NCBI GenBank assembly: GCA_964512985.1
Contig: CAZELI010000010.1
Span: 2,945-66,944 of the forward strand
Length of the DNA stretch: 64,000 bases
Source of the DNA: an uncultured Gammaproteobacteria bacterium
Lineage (GTDB): Bacteria; Cyanobacteriota; Vampirovibrionia; LMEP-6097
Reading direction: 5' to 3'
Shown here: one piece after another, positions 1 through 9,117 of the stretch
Layout: every line of letters begins with the position of its first letter
How positions within the stretch are numbered: the first letter of the stretch is position 1
Notes under the pieces: generated by a model
What the model saw: only the letters and a program-made list of their open reading frames with translations
What the model was told of the DNA's origin: nothing
The model's database searches: none
Position numbers and translations under genes: made by a program

Positions 1-1
1 T

Positions 2-967
2 GGTTTAGTTGTAGCTAAAGGCTTAACTAAAACTGGTGATAGTAAAGCAACTCAAGATGATAATACTACAGATGAAACAGCTGCAGATGCTGCCAAGAAA
101 GACCCAAAAGATTCTAAAACAACTCAAGCAGAAAAAACCGATGCTGAAAAAAGAGCAGAACAAGATGCTGCGATAATGGCAGCCATAGGAGGACATCGTA
201 TTCCTGGATTCCCTGCTACTAAAGAAGAGACTGAAGCGTTACAAAAAAAGCTAGAAACAAACCCTGCTCAGTTTCCTGGAATTGATGTTAACCCTACTGC
301 TAAGCCTTCTTCAGCTAGTTCAGATTCTAATCCCTCAATGAACAATCCTTTCTCAATTCCTAACTCAGGTGGTGGTGGCAGTCCAGGTCAAACACCGCAA
401 GGTGGTTCTAATGGCTGGGTAGGTGCTGGCGCACATCACCCTGGCTATGGTGGCGGTTACGGAAATGGAAATGGTAGTGGTAGCGGAGGCAGTGGTGGTA
501 GCGGAGGCAGTGGTGGTAGTGGTGGTTACGGTGGTGGCGGTACTCCAGGTACAGGACCTATAAGTAATCCTCCTCAAGGACATAGTCACAACAGCATCGC
601 TAGTATAGTTGCAGAACGCAATGAATTCGTAAAAGCATGGGGTGGAACTGTAGAAAGTTCTACTAATGGAGCTGGGTCTAGAACTGTCTCTATAACAGGT
701 ATGGACTCAAGAGCATTAGCTGGTTTAAATAGAATCAATCAAGAGTTTAGAGAATATAGAGAAGCAAATAATTTACCACCCTTAATGGTATCGCAAACAA
801 TCAAACCTAATAGCAATGGTAAAGTTGATATCACCCTTACTCTTCAAGATCCTAGTAAGCAATCCGATGCTTCCTTGATCTCTACTCCTCAAGACCGACA
901 AAAAACTATTGAGAAAGCAAAGGAAGAATCAGGGCACGATTCTCTTGATCCAAGCAAAGTAGCTTAA
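2..967 (+). CDS. Gly/Ser/Pro-rich low-complexity protein, 5' end outside window
   Basis: The frame of ORF 176..967 stays stop-free back to nt 2. It has central GSGG/GGYG repeats and no recognisable domain. Confidence 0.5.
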   Translation, partial: GLVVAKGLTKTGDSKATQDDNTTDETAADAAKKDPKDSKTTQAEKTDAEKRAEQDAAIMAAIGGHRIPGFPATKEETEALQKKLETNPAQFPGIDVNPTAKPSSASSDSNPSMNNPFSIPNSGGGGSPGQTPQGGSNGWVGAGAHHPGYGGGYGNGNGSGSGGSGGSGGSGGSGGYGGGGTPGTGPISNPPQGHSHNSIASIVAERNEFVKAWGGTVESSTNGAGSRTVSITGMDSRALAGLNRINQEFREYREANNLPPLMVSQTIKPNSNGKVDITLTLQDPSKQSDASLISTPQDRQKTIEKAKEESGHDSLDPSKVA

Positions 968-983
968 TACACATAGCAACTAT

Positions 984-1664
984 CTAAGCAACCGTTCTTC
1001 TGTTATCACTAAGTAGTTTAATCACATCAGCTAAGATACCGTTAATAAATTTCACACCTTCATCGGTGGAATATTTATTAGCGAGTTTAATTATTTCTGA
1101 GACTACCACTGCATGCGGTAAATCAGAGACTAATAACTCAGTAACACCAAGCTCGATCAGTTTACGATCGGGCTTTTGCATACGATCTATATTCCAAGAA
1201 GTAGAGACATCCTTAATAAGAGTTTCTACTGCTTCTTTATTGTTTATATATTTAAAAATTAAATCTAGAGTGAAGTCTCGGGTGTCAGTATCATGGTAAT
1301 GCCAATAGATCTCAGGTATCTGCAAACCCTCACGCATTAATGCTATAGCTTGATAACAATTATTCAGATGATCAAAAAACTCCGCCGTCTTAGGCAAGAC
1401 TACTGAGCGCGAGCCATCATCTAAGGCTTCGTTTTCAGCGTGATCAATCTGAAACTCCATCAAAGCTCGCTCTACTTTAATGAAATAAGATTCTGCTTGA
1501 CGCAAATTATCCTTGCTATGATCAGCCAAGGTTCTAATCGCAGATAGACACAAAGCGTCCAAATCGGTTTTGACAAGCTTCTCTATTTTGATGTTTTCAG
1601 ATTTCTGTGGCAGTTGAAACAGAGCTAAGAATGCCAGCTCTCTTGCTGCGCTACGTTTTTCCAT
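984..1664 (-). CDS. nusB: Transcription antitermination factor NusB (long form)
   Basis: N-terminal AARELAFLALFQLP and C-terminal GVKFINGILADV are NusB-type signatures. Confidence 0.8.
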   Translation of the reverse strand: MEKRSAARELAFLALFQLPQKSENIKIEKLVKTDLDALCLSAIRTLADHSKDNLRQAESYFIKVERALMEFQIDHAENEALDDGSRSVVLPKTAEFFDHLNNCYQAIALMREGLQIPEIYWHYHDTDTRDFTLDLIFKYINNKEAVETLIKDVSTSWNIDRMQKPDRKLIELGVTELLVSDLPHAVVVSEIIKLANKYSTDEGVKFINGILADVIKLLSDNRRTVA

Positions 1665-1743
1665 TGCAGGGCAATTATAACAGTGGTAACTCTACAGTTA
1701 AGAAAGACTTTACGATATGTTAGGATTTAAGAGTTATAATTAC

Positions 1744-1758
1744 TGAGAATCATTCTCA
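1744..1758. promoter_or_regulatory. Fur-box-like perfect palindrome upstream of feoAB
   Basis: TGAGAATCATTCTCA is a 7-1-7 inverted repeat. It lies 3 nt after a TATAAT hexamer (1735-1740) and 10 nt before the feoA ATG. Confidence 0.6.
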
Positions 1759-1768
1759 ACTATATAAA

Positions 1769-1984
1769 ATGCAATTAAACCAAGTAAAAAGCGGCGAAAA
1801 AATTCTCCTAAACTTCATTCCAGCAAGTATTAAAGCTGAGCTTATTCGCATGGGACTATCTGAAGGTGATAAGATCGAGTGCCTTGTCAAAATCCCAGGA
1901 GGGCCCGTAGTACTACTAAAAGACTTACAAGAAATAGCTATCGGTAATAATTACTCCAAGGAAATACAGGTCACGCAAATCTAA
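1769..1984 (+). CDS. feoA: Ferrous iron transport protein A
   Basis: A 71-aa FeoA-like SH3 domain (IRMGLSEGDKIE), directly abutting feoB. Confidence 0.85.
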   Translation: MQLNQVKSGEKILLNFIPASIKAELIRMGLSEGDKIECLVKIPGGPVVLLKDLQEIAIGNNYSKEIQVTQI

Positions 1985-3936
1985 TGCAAGAAATCAAGAA
2001 TAAAACCACAACAGTTCAAATAGCATTAGCTGGTAACCCAAATGTTGGTAAGTCTGTAATTTTTAACTATCTTACGGGTGTCTATGTCGATGTTAGTAAT
2101 TATCCTGGTACTACTATAGAAATCACTAACGCTAATATCGCAATCTCTGACAGCGAAAGAGAGAAATACCAGCTCAACAATTATGAATTGAAGCTCACTG
2201 ACACTCCTGGAGTCTATGGCATATCTAGTTTTAATGATGAAGAGAAGGCTGCACGTGATTATATACTCAATGCCGACATAGTAATCAATGTAGTATCTAG
2301 TATCAGTCTAAGTCGTGATTTATTTCTCACTAAACAACTTGCCGATATGGGTAAACCGATGTTAGTCATTCTTAATCAAAGTGACGAAGCTAAAATACGC
2401 AAGGTTAGCATTAATACCACGCTTCTCTCCGAGGAACTGGGTTTGGACATTATAGAAACAGTAGCGATTAAAGCTCAAGGTTTACCCGAATTAAAACAAG
2501 CCATATTCAACTCCATTAACAATATAGATAGTAAGTTACACAAAATTCAAGTAGGTAAAATCTCACCAAGGATCGATACATATATTCTCCCATATATTGA
2601 TATGGTGCTATCTAGAGCAGAAGCTGTGTTGATCGCTGAAGCTGACTCTACCATTGCCGAGCGCAATAATATAGTATTGAATGAACCTAAAAGAGAAGAG
2701 ATCTATAAAATAAGAAGAGATGAGGTAGATGCATTAGTAGCTAAAGCTGTTAGCCGTATTCAATTCTCTAAGCGAATATTTTTGGGACAATTATTACTCC
2801 AACCGATCATTGGATCAATAGTAGCAGTTGCGATTCTCTATACTTTTCTATATCAATTCCTCGGTGTTTTTATAGCTGGAACTGTAGTAGATTGGCTAGA
2901 GCATGGTATTTTTAATGTCTACTATAACCCATGGATAGAGGGTTTGGTGAGCGGTGTGTTCCCTGTAGTACATAACAATATAGAGAACATACTCGTCTCT
3001 AATCCACTTACTGCTATTGGCACTTTCTTAGCTGGAGACTATGGAGTACTGACTCTTACTATTACTTATTTATATGGTTTATTATTACCGCTAGTTTTAG
3101 GTTTCTATTTCGGACTAGCGATTCTTGAAGATAGCGGTTATCTACCAAGGTTAGCGGTGCTAGTAGACGGGGTTTTAAGTAGGCTTGGTATGAACGGTAG
3201 GGCTATTATTCCTCTAATACTGGGTGGTGGCTGCGTTACTATGGCAACAGTTACTACTAGATTACTCACTAACCCTAAGGAGAAACTTATTACTATGGCA
3301 GTTCTGGGATTGACTATACCTTGCTCTGCTCAGCTAGGAGTCATTCAGGGACTGCTTAGTAATGTAGGTGGTGTTAAGCCTTGGTTAATCTGGAGCGGTA
3401 CTTTATTTATAGTTTTTGTTTTAACTGGGATGATCTTGAATAAACTAATCCCTGGTCCTTGCGGAAATTTTATCTCTGATATTCCTCCTCTACGATTACC
3501 ACGTATAAGCAATATCACTAAAAAAACATTTGTAAGATCTAAGGTATTCTTAGATGAAGCTACTCCTGCATTCTTCATAGCTGCTGCACTTGTAGCATTC
3601 ATGCAAGTCAGTGGTATGCTTGAATCTATTATTAAAGTATCGGAGCCAATGATCGAAGGAGTTTTACTACTACCTAAAGAAGTGGCTATTAGTTTTATAT
3701 TAGGAATGGTGCGCAGAGATTTTGGTGCTTTTGGTTTAATGAGCATTCCTATGTCAGCCTCTCAGCTAGTTACCGCATGTACAGTACTAACATTATTCGT
3801 CCCTTGTATAGCCACGGTAGCCGTGATGGTGAAAGAAGGTAGCTTTAAAACAGCCATGGGTATATGGATTAGCTCATGGATACTGGCTTTGGGGATAGGT
3901 GCCATACTCGCAAGACTATTACCAGTACTAGTCTAA
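1984..3936 (+). CDS. feoB: Ferrous iron transporter FeoB
   Basis: N-terminal G-domain (IALAGNPNVGKS, DTPG) followed by a large polytopic membrane domain. Confidence 0.95.
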   Translation: MQEIKNKTTTVQIALAGNPNVGKSVIFNYLTGVYVDVSNYPGTTIEITNANIAISDSEREKYQLNNYELKLTDTPGVYGISSFNDEEKAARDYILNADIVINVVSSISLSRDLFLTKQLADMGKPMLVILNQSDEAKIRKVSINTTLLSEELGLDIIETVAIKAQGLPELKQAIFNSINNIDSKLHKIQVGKISPRIDTYILPYIDMVLSRAEAVLIAEADSTIAERNNIVLNEPKREEIYKIRRDEVDALVAKAVSRIQFSKRIFLGQLLLQPIIGSIVAVAILYTFLYQFLGVFIAGTVVDWLEHGIFNVYYNPWIEGLVSGVFPVVHNNIENILVSNPLTAIGTFLAGDYGVLTLTITYLYGLLLPLVLGFYFGLAILEDSGYLPRLAVLVDGVLSRLGMNGRAIIPLILGGGCVTMATVTTRLLTNPKEKLITMAVLGLTIPCSAQLGVIQGLLSNVGGVKPWLIWSGTLFIVFVLTGMILNKLIPGPCGNFISDIPPLRLPRISNITKKTFVRSKVFLDEATPAFFIAAALVAFMQVSGMLESIIKVSEPMIEGVLLLPKEVAISFILGMVRRDFGAFGLMSIPMSASQLVTACTVLTLFVPCIATVAVMVKEGSFKTAMGIWISSWILALGIGAILARLLPVLV

Positions 3937-4079
3937 ATAGCTGATTCAACATCATTAATCAATAAATTAGGCCATCTAGATTCAATTAAATCCCCTAAAA
4001 GCCTAAGTTCAGAATTATCATAATTTGCAGATAATGTCCTAGAGATCTCTAAGTCTTACTTAGAATCCACAAAAATATT

Positions 4080-4850
4080 ATGGCAATCGATACATTAAAA
4101 TCTGCAGGCTCATCAATGAAAAATATTCAATTTGCCATTGATGCTATAGCTCACAATATAGCGAACGTTAACACTACTGCCTTTAAAGAAAATAAGGTGA
4201 ATTTTACAAGTGTAGTAAATAAGCTAAGTGATACTGCAAAGTTCTCAGGAACAGCCATTGCTTCAATTAACTCAGACTTTACCCAAGGCAATCTTAAAAA
4301 CACAGGCGTGTTCACCAATCTTGGACTTCAAGGCAATGGGTTTTTTACACTGCAAAGCACTACAGGTGATGTCGTCTTTACGAGAGATGGTAATTTTAAA
4401 ATAGACGGAACCAGTACTTTAGTAGATGCCAATGGTAATTATGTACTCTCAAGTGGGGGTGGCACTATTATTCTTCCGACTAATACTAGCTCTATAGAAA
4501 TCAATCCTAGTGGTGAAATCAGATACTTACCACAAGGTGCAGCTGAATATCAACTATTAGCACAATTACAATTAGCGAACTTTATAAATCCACAAAGCCT
4601 AGAACCTATCGGCAATAACCAATACAGAGAAAGCCTTAATTCAGGTGCCCCAGAGTTTTCAACAGCATTAGGAATAGCCACAGGCACAGCTGAGACTGCT
4701 GTCGTTTCCGGAACTCTTGAATCATCCAACGCTGATTTAAGTACTAATATGGTTGAACTAATTGCTTATCAAAGATCTTATCAATCGATTTCTAAATCAG
4801 TGCAAACAGCAAACGAACTACTAGAGACAACTTTAGCTTTAAAAAGATAA
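4080..4850 (+). CDS. flgG: Flagellar basal-body rod protein (FlgG/FlgF family)
   Basis: N-terminal NIANVNTTAFK and C-terminal LESSNADLSTNMVELIAYQRSYQ are rod/hook family signatures. Length is 256 aa. Confidence 0.8.
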   Translation: MAIDTLKSAGSSMKNIQFAIDAIAHNIANVNTTAFKENKVNFTSVVNKLSDTAKFSGTAIASINSDFTQGNLKNTGVFTNLGLQGNGFFTLQSTTGDVVFTRDGNFKIDGTSTLVDANGNYVLSSGGGTIILPTNTSSIEINPSGEIRYLPQGAAEYQLLAQLQLANFINPQSLEPIGNNQYRESLNSGAPEFSTALGIATGTAETAVVSGTLESSNADLSTNMVELIAYQRSYQSISKSVQTANELLETTLALKR

Positions 4851-4878
4851 GGGTAATCTGACTTAAAGGAGAAAACAA

Positions 4879-6378
4879 ATGCCAATTCCATCACTATTTA
4901 CAGCAGCAAGCGCACTAACAATTCAACAGAACGCAATTTCTGTTATCGCCAATAATATTGCGAATGTAAATACCACCGCCTTTAAAGGCTCTAGTGTACA
5001 TTTCGCTGAAGAAACTAACAATATACTAAGACCTTCTTCATCAGCATCGTCTACTAAGGGTGGAAGCAATCCAATCCAAATTGGTACCGGACTAAAACTT
5101 AGCGATGTTAACACTATATTCTCCCAAGGCGCTCTTAAAAATACAGGACTATCAACTGATCTAGCCCTCTCTGGCAGTGGATTCTTTGTTGTATCTAGTG
5201 CAACTGAAGAGGGTAGTGAAACTTTAAACTCTCCTGAGTATACTCGAGATGGGCACTTCTTACTAGATTCTGAAAGTAACTTAGTAACAGCTGATGGATC
5301 TAAAGTTATAGGAGCAACTCTCTATGATAATGGCACAGGTAAAATTAAATCTATAGAAGGCTATAGTGCGATAACTTACTTCTCAGATCAAACTATTGGT
5401 CCAGCAGGTTCTCCAACCATATACCCTACTGATGGTGGAACTTCACCCAATTTAGCAGTACCTACTCCTACTACCACGGTTCTTGGTGGTGGCGTAGCGC
5501 CAGCATTTGATGCTACTAAGCTTTCAGAGATTAGTATCAGAGGTGGATTAGTAGACTCTGAGACTGGTGTTACCACAGCAACGCCTGGCAAATTAACTCT
5601 TAGCAGAAGAGATGATGGTAAATTACTTTTCACTTTCAATGATGAGAACTTAACTACTGCTGCTAAAACATTTACAGCAGCAATAGATACTAACTCTCAA
5701 GTACTTGATAATGTGATTAGTGTCAATATGACCAACACTAGCGGAGATACGTTACAGCTCAGACTAAGACTTGAACCTGGTGTTACTTCGGTAGAAGATG
5801 TGTTCGCTAATATTGACTATGATGCAGCCACAGCAACCAGTGATACCATGATATTTCTAGGATCTGCAGCTACAACTCAAACCAGTAGCGATATCACTGT
5901 CGCTCATGATGACTTTCAATACATGTCACTGAGTGATGTTAGTAGTCTCTATAGTACTATTAAAATACCTAATTTCCTATATGATCAAGATCCAACTTTA
6001 GAGAAAGAAACTATTAGCTTCTCTATCGGCAAGGATGGCGCCCTCTCAGTATTTGGCGCATCATCAGAAAAAATGATGTTAGGAAAACTTTTAGTTTCTA
6101 ATTTTATTAATCCAGATGGTCTTAGTAATAACGGTAGCAATCGTTTTCTACAATCATCTAACTCTGGTGAACCAGCTATTTCCGTTCTAGGAGGGCCTTT
6201 TGATCAAAATGCTCCTTCTTTAGCCAATACTAGTATTGTCTCAGGTGCGCTTGAATCATCCAACGTAAACGTTGCTAACGAGTTCGCTGAATTGATTGCC
6301 TTCCAAAGAGGTTTGCAGTTCAATGCGACTACGGTCCAAAGATCAGACGAGATACTACAAACACTAATTAACTTATAA
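4879..6378 (+). CDS. flgE: Flagellar hook protein FlgE-like
   Basis: NNIANVNTTAFKG, YTRDGHF and C-terminal LESSNVNVANEFAELIAFQRGLQ motifs, with a large central variable domain. AGGAG sits upstream of the ATG. Confidence 0.7.
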   Translation: MPIPSLFTAASALTIQQNAISVIANNIANVNTTAFKGSSVHFAEETNNILRPSSSASSTKGGSNPIQIGTGLKLSDVNTIFSQGALKNTGLSTDLALSGSGFFVVSSATEEGSETLNSPEYTRDGHFLLDSESNLVTADGSKVIGATLYDNGTGKIKSIEGYSAITYFSDQTIGPAGSPTIYPTDGGTSPNLAVPTPTTTVLGGGVAPAFDATKLSEISIRGGLVDSETGVTTATPGKLTLSRRDDGKLLFTFNDENLTTAAKTFTAAIDTNSQVLDNVISVNMTNTSGDTLQLRLRLEPGVTSVEDVFANIDYDAATATSDTMIFLGSAATTQTSSDITVAHDDFQYMSLSDVSSLYSTIKIPNFLYDQDPTLEKETISFSIGKDGALSVFGASSEKMMLGKLLVSNFINPDGLSNNGSNRFLQSSNSGEPAISVLGGPFDQNAPSLANTSIVSGALESSNVNVANEFAELIAFQRGLQFNATTVQRSDEILQTLINL

Positions 6379-6383
6379 ATAAA

Positions 6384-6450
6384 GTGACTGAGTTATGAGT
6401 GACCGGGTGACTGAGAATAAAATCTCAGACACTCAGCCACCCACCCACTC
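6384..6450. repeat. Family C repeat (GTGRCTGAG units, imperfect hairpin) between convergent flgE and trpB
   Basis: GAGTGACCGGGTGACTGAG-aataaaat-CTCAGACACTCAGCCACCC. It shares the 19-mer GAGTGACCGRGTGRCTGAG with 58678-58696. The right arm overlaps the trpB 3' end. Confidence 0.55.
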
Positions 6451-7626
6451 TGTCACTGTTTTCAAATCTTTATCCCCTCTCCCTGAAAGGTTTACAACGA
6501 CTATGTCTGTAGTCTTAGTCTGTGGCATTAGCTTCTCTAGATAAGCAAGCGCGTGCGAGCTTTCTAGAGCAGGTATAATCCCTTCTATTCGGCATAATAA
6601 TTTAAAAGCTGTAAGTGCTTCATCGTCAGTGACTGATTCATAGCGAACTAATTCAGCATCCTTAAGATAGCTATGCTCAGGACCTATTCCTGGGTAATCA
6701 AGTCCAGCAGAGATACTATGTGCTTCTTGTACTTGACCATATTCATCTTGTAATAAATAACTCTTAGAACCATGCAAGACTCCTGGTCTACCTTTAGTGA
6801 GAGATGCTGCATGTTTATCAGTCTCTAAGCCAGCTCCAGCAGCCTCAATTCCAATAAGTTTAAGCTTCTCAGTTTTAGCCTCTTCTATAAACGGATAGAA
6901 AATCCCCATAGCATTAGAACCACCACCAACACAAGCAAGTATATAGTCAGGCAATCTTGATTCAAACTTCATGATTTGCTCTCTGACTTCTTCACCAATA
7001 ACTTTCTGAAACTCTCTTACCACTGTAGGATAAGGATGTGGACCTACGGTACTGCCAATAATATAATGTGTGTCTGTAACATTACTAACCCAGTACCTGA
7101 TTGCTTCTGAAGTAGCATCCTTAAGAGTTTGGCTTCCACTGGTAACTGGAATCACTTCTGCTCCCATTAATTCCATACGATAAACATTGGGAGCTTGCCT
7201 AGCAATATCTAGCTTACCCATAAATACCTTACACTTTAAACCTAGTAAGGCACAAGCAGTAGCTGTCGCCACTCCATGCTGACCTGCCCCAGTCTCTGCT
7301 ACTATAAGTTTCTTACCGAGTCTACGAGCGATCAAAGCCTGTCCTATAGCGTTATTGATCTTGTGAGCGCCAGTATGATTTAAGTCCTCACGCTTAAGAT
7401 AGATCTTTCCCTTACCATATTTCTTAGTTAAAGATTCAGCGAAATACAATGGTGTAGGTCTTCCCACATAATTAACCAGGTAATGCTGTAATTGTGCTTT
7501 AAACTCTGGATCATCCTTATACTTAAGAAAACTCGCCTCGAACTCCTCTAAAGCAGGCATTAGTGTTTCAGGTACAAACTGACCACCATATTCACCAAAA
7601 TATTTACTTAACTGCTTAACTGTCAT
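6433..7626 (-). CDS. trpB: Tryptophan synthase beta chain
   Basis: [13 protein letters not shown] and HTGAHKINN motifs. Confidence 0.95.
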   Translation of the reverse strand: MTVKQLSKYFGEYGGQFVPETLMPALEEFEASFLKYKDDPEFKAQLQHYLVNYVGRPTPLYFAESLTKKYGKGKIYLKREDLNHTGAHKINNAIGQALIARRLGKKLIVAETGAGQHGVATATACALLGLKCKVFMGKLDIARQAPNVYRMELMGAEVIPVTSGSQTLKDATSEAIRYWVSNVTDTHYIIGSTVGPHPYPTVVREFQKVIGEEVREQIMKFESRLPDYILACVGGGSNAMGIFYPFIEEAKTEKLKLIGIEAAGAGLETDKHAASLTKGRPGVLHGSKSYLLQDEYGQVQEAHSISAGLDYPGIGPEHSYLKDAELVRYESVTDDEALTAFKLLCRIEGIIPALESSHALAYLEKLMPQTKTTDIVVVNLSGRGDKDLKTVTEWVGG

Positions 7627-7629
7627 TAG

Positions 7630-8775
7630 TTACTTTTCCATACCTTGGGTTAAATTCTCGCAACCACTGTTGGTGACGACGATATCATCCTCAATGCGCA
7701 CACCAATCTTCTTCTCTCTGATATATATGCCAGGCTCTACTGTACAAACCATCCCTGGTACATACTTAGTAGTCTTCTTATCAACGCCTACATCATGAAC
7801 ATCTATCCCTAGTGAGTGCCCAGTACTATGCATATAGTATTTTTTGATTTGTTCTGTATCGTTTTTATCCTTAATATAACCTAAGCCTGCAAGCCCTTCT
7901 CCAATTACAGCTGAAGCTATATCATGAGTCTCTGCTAAACTGCTACCAGGCTTAATTGAAGCTATAGCTTGTCTTTGCGCTTCTACAACCAGATCATAGA
8001 TATCCTTCTGCTCGCGGCTCATAGTGCCACTTGCAGCATGAACTCGAGTGATGTCACTAGCATAATAGTTATACTCAGCACCCGCATCAATAAGCACCAG
8101 ATCATCTTTGGCAATAACCTTATTATTATTGATGTAATGTAAAATACATGAGTTCTCACCAGAAGCCACTATCGATGGATAAGCCCAACCACTAGCGCCC
8201 TGCGATCTGAATACTTGATTCAGTACAGCTTCTATCTCATATTCATAAATTCCTGGAGTAATAATTTCTTTCGCTACTCTATGCGCCTGTACTGCAATAT
8301 TGGCAGAGCGTTGCATAAGCTGAATCTCCGCCTCTGACTTAATAGACCTAAGTGAATGAACTAAAGCATGGACATCCAGGCTAGTACTGGCTTTGCGGTT
8401 AGAATGCGGTTCTTCGCTTTCTTTAAACTCTTCATACTCATAAGCAGCATCCGCATGGTAGTTCTTCTTAGCACCATTGACACCTTCTCTTGGACCATCC
8501 CAGATCTCATGTTTAGGATCTATTGGTTGCACATAAAGCGTGAAAGGATTATCAGAATGTGGATCTAAAACACAAACAGCATCAGGCTCGCGGAAGTCTG
8601 TTAAATAATAGAAATCACTATCAACCCTGAAAGGATAATGTACATCATTAGAGAATACCTTCTCGCTTCCACTTCTCAGCACACAACGATATGCTTTAGC
8701 ATCACTATCACTTTTAGCCTTGAGATAATCGAGGACTTTCTGGCGACGGGATTTAAATTCTGCTGGGCTGATCAT
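7630..8775 (-). CDS. Xaa-Pro aminopeptidase (M24B)
   Basis: N-terminal YPFRVDSDFYYLT creatinase-like region and C-terminal M24 metal-ligand motifs (HSTGHSLG, VEPGIY, RIEDD). Confidence 0.85.
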   Translation of the reverse strand: MISPAEFKSRRQKVLDYLKAKSDSDAKAYRCVLRSGSEKVFSNDVHYPFRVDSDFYYLTDFREPDAVCVLDPHSDNPFTLYVQPIDPKHEIWDGPREGVNGAKKNYHADAAYEYEEFKESEEPHSNRKASTSLDVHALVHSLRSIKSEAEIQLMQRSANIAVQAHRVAKEIITPGIYEYEIEAVLNQVFRSQGASGWAYPSIVASGENSCILHYINNNKVIAKDDLVLIDAGAEYNYYASDITRVHAASGTMSREQKDIYDLVVEAQRQAIASIKPGSSLAETHDIASAVIGEGLAGLGYIKDKNDTEQIKKYYMHSTGHSLGIDVHDVGVDKKTTKYVPGMVCTVEPGIYIREKKIGVRIEDDIVVTNSGCENLTQGMEK

Positions 8776-8817
8776 ATCTATTACTATTGTAAGTAAATTC
8801 TAGTAAAAACTTGGTAA

Positions 8818-8875
8818 ATTATGATATATCATAATCTTATCGAGAAATAGCTAAATCATTATGGTATACCATAAT
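8818..8875. promoter_or_regulatory. Two 18-bp perfect palindromes upstream of the aminopeptidase-trpB genes
   Basis: ATTATGATATATCATAAT (8818-8835) and ATTATGGTATACCATAAT (8858-8875), centres 40 bp apart. They lie 43-100 nt upstream of the minus-strand ATG at 8775. Confidence 0.4.
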
Positions 8876-9020
8876 CTTTAATGGCGTAAAATAAGGATAG
8901 TTTTTCATAAGTCTATATATATTTAATGTGGGATTTTAACATTTAGTCGTGGGACTTAATGCTAAGTTATCACACTTTATCGTACGACTTTATGTGATTA
9001 ATCCATCATTGTACTTAAAA

Positions 9021-9117
9021 TTGAGTATAAATATACTTAAATTTAAGTACAAAATCGAGTTAAATTTGAGTATAAATATACTTAAAATTGAGTACAAAAT
9101 CGAGTTAGGTTTGAGTA
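9021..9117. repeat. Tandem repeat (45-bp unit x2 plus partial; ~22-bp sub-units TTRAGTAYA...)
   Basis: Units at 9021-9065 and 9066-9110 are near-identical. The next partial unit (TTGAGTA) runs into the last codons of the PLP-enzyme gene. Each unit holds the palindrome AGTATAAATATACT. Confidence 0.7.

Noticed and set aside
3345-3746. 133-aa ORF antisense to feoB, and similar antisense ORFs inside flgE, gltS-like, the 1034-aa gene, moxR and others
   Set aside because: They are fully embedded antisense to well-supported genes, have no RBS, and have unrecognisable, compositionally skewed sequences.
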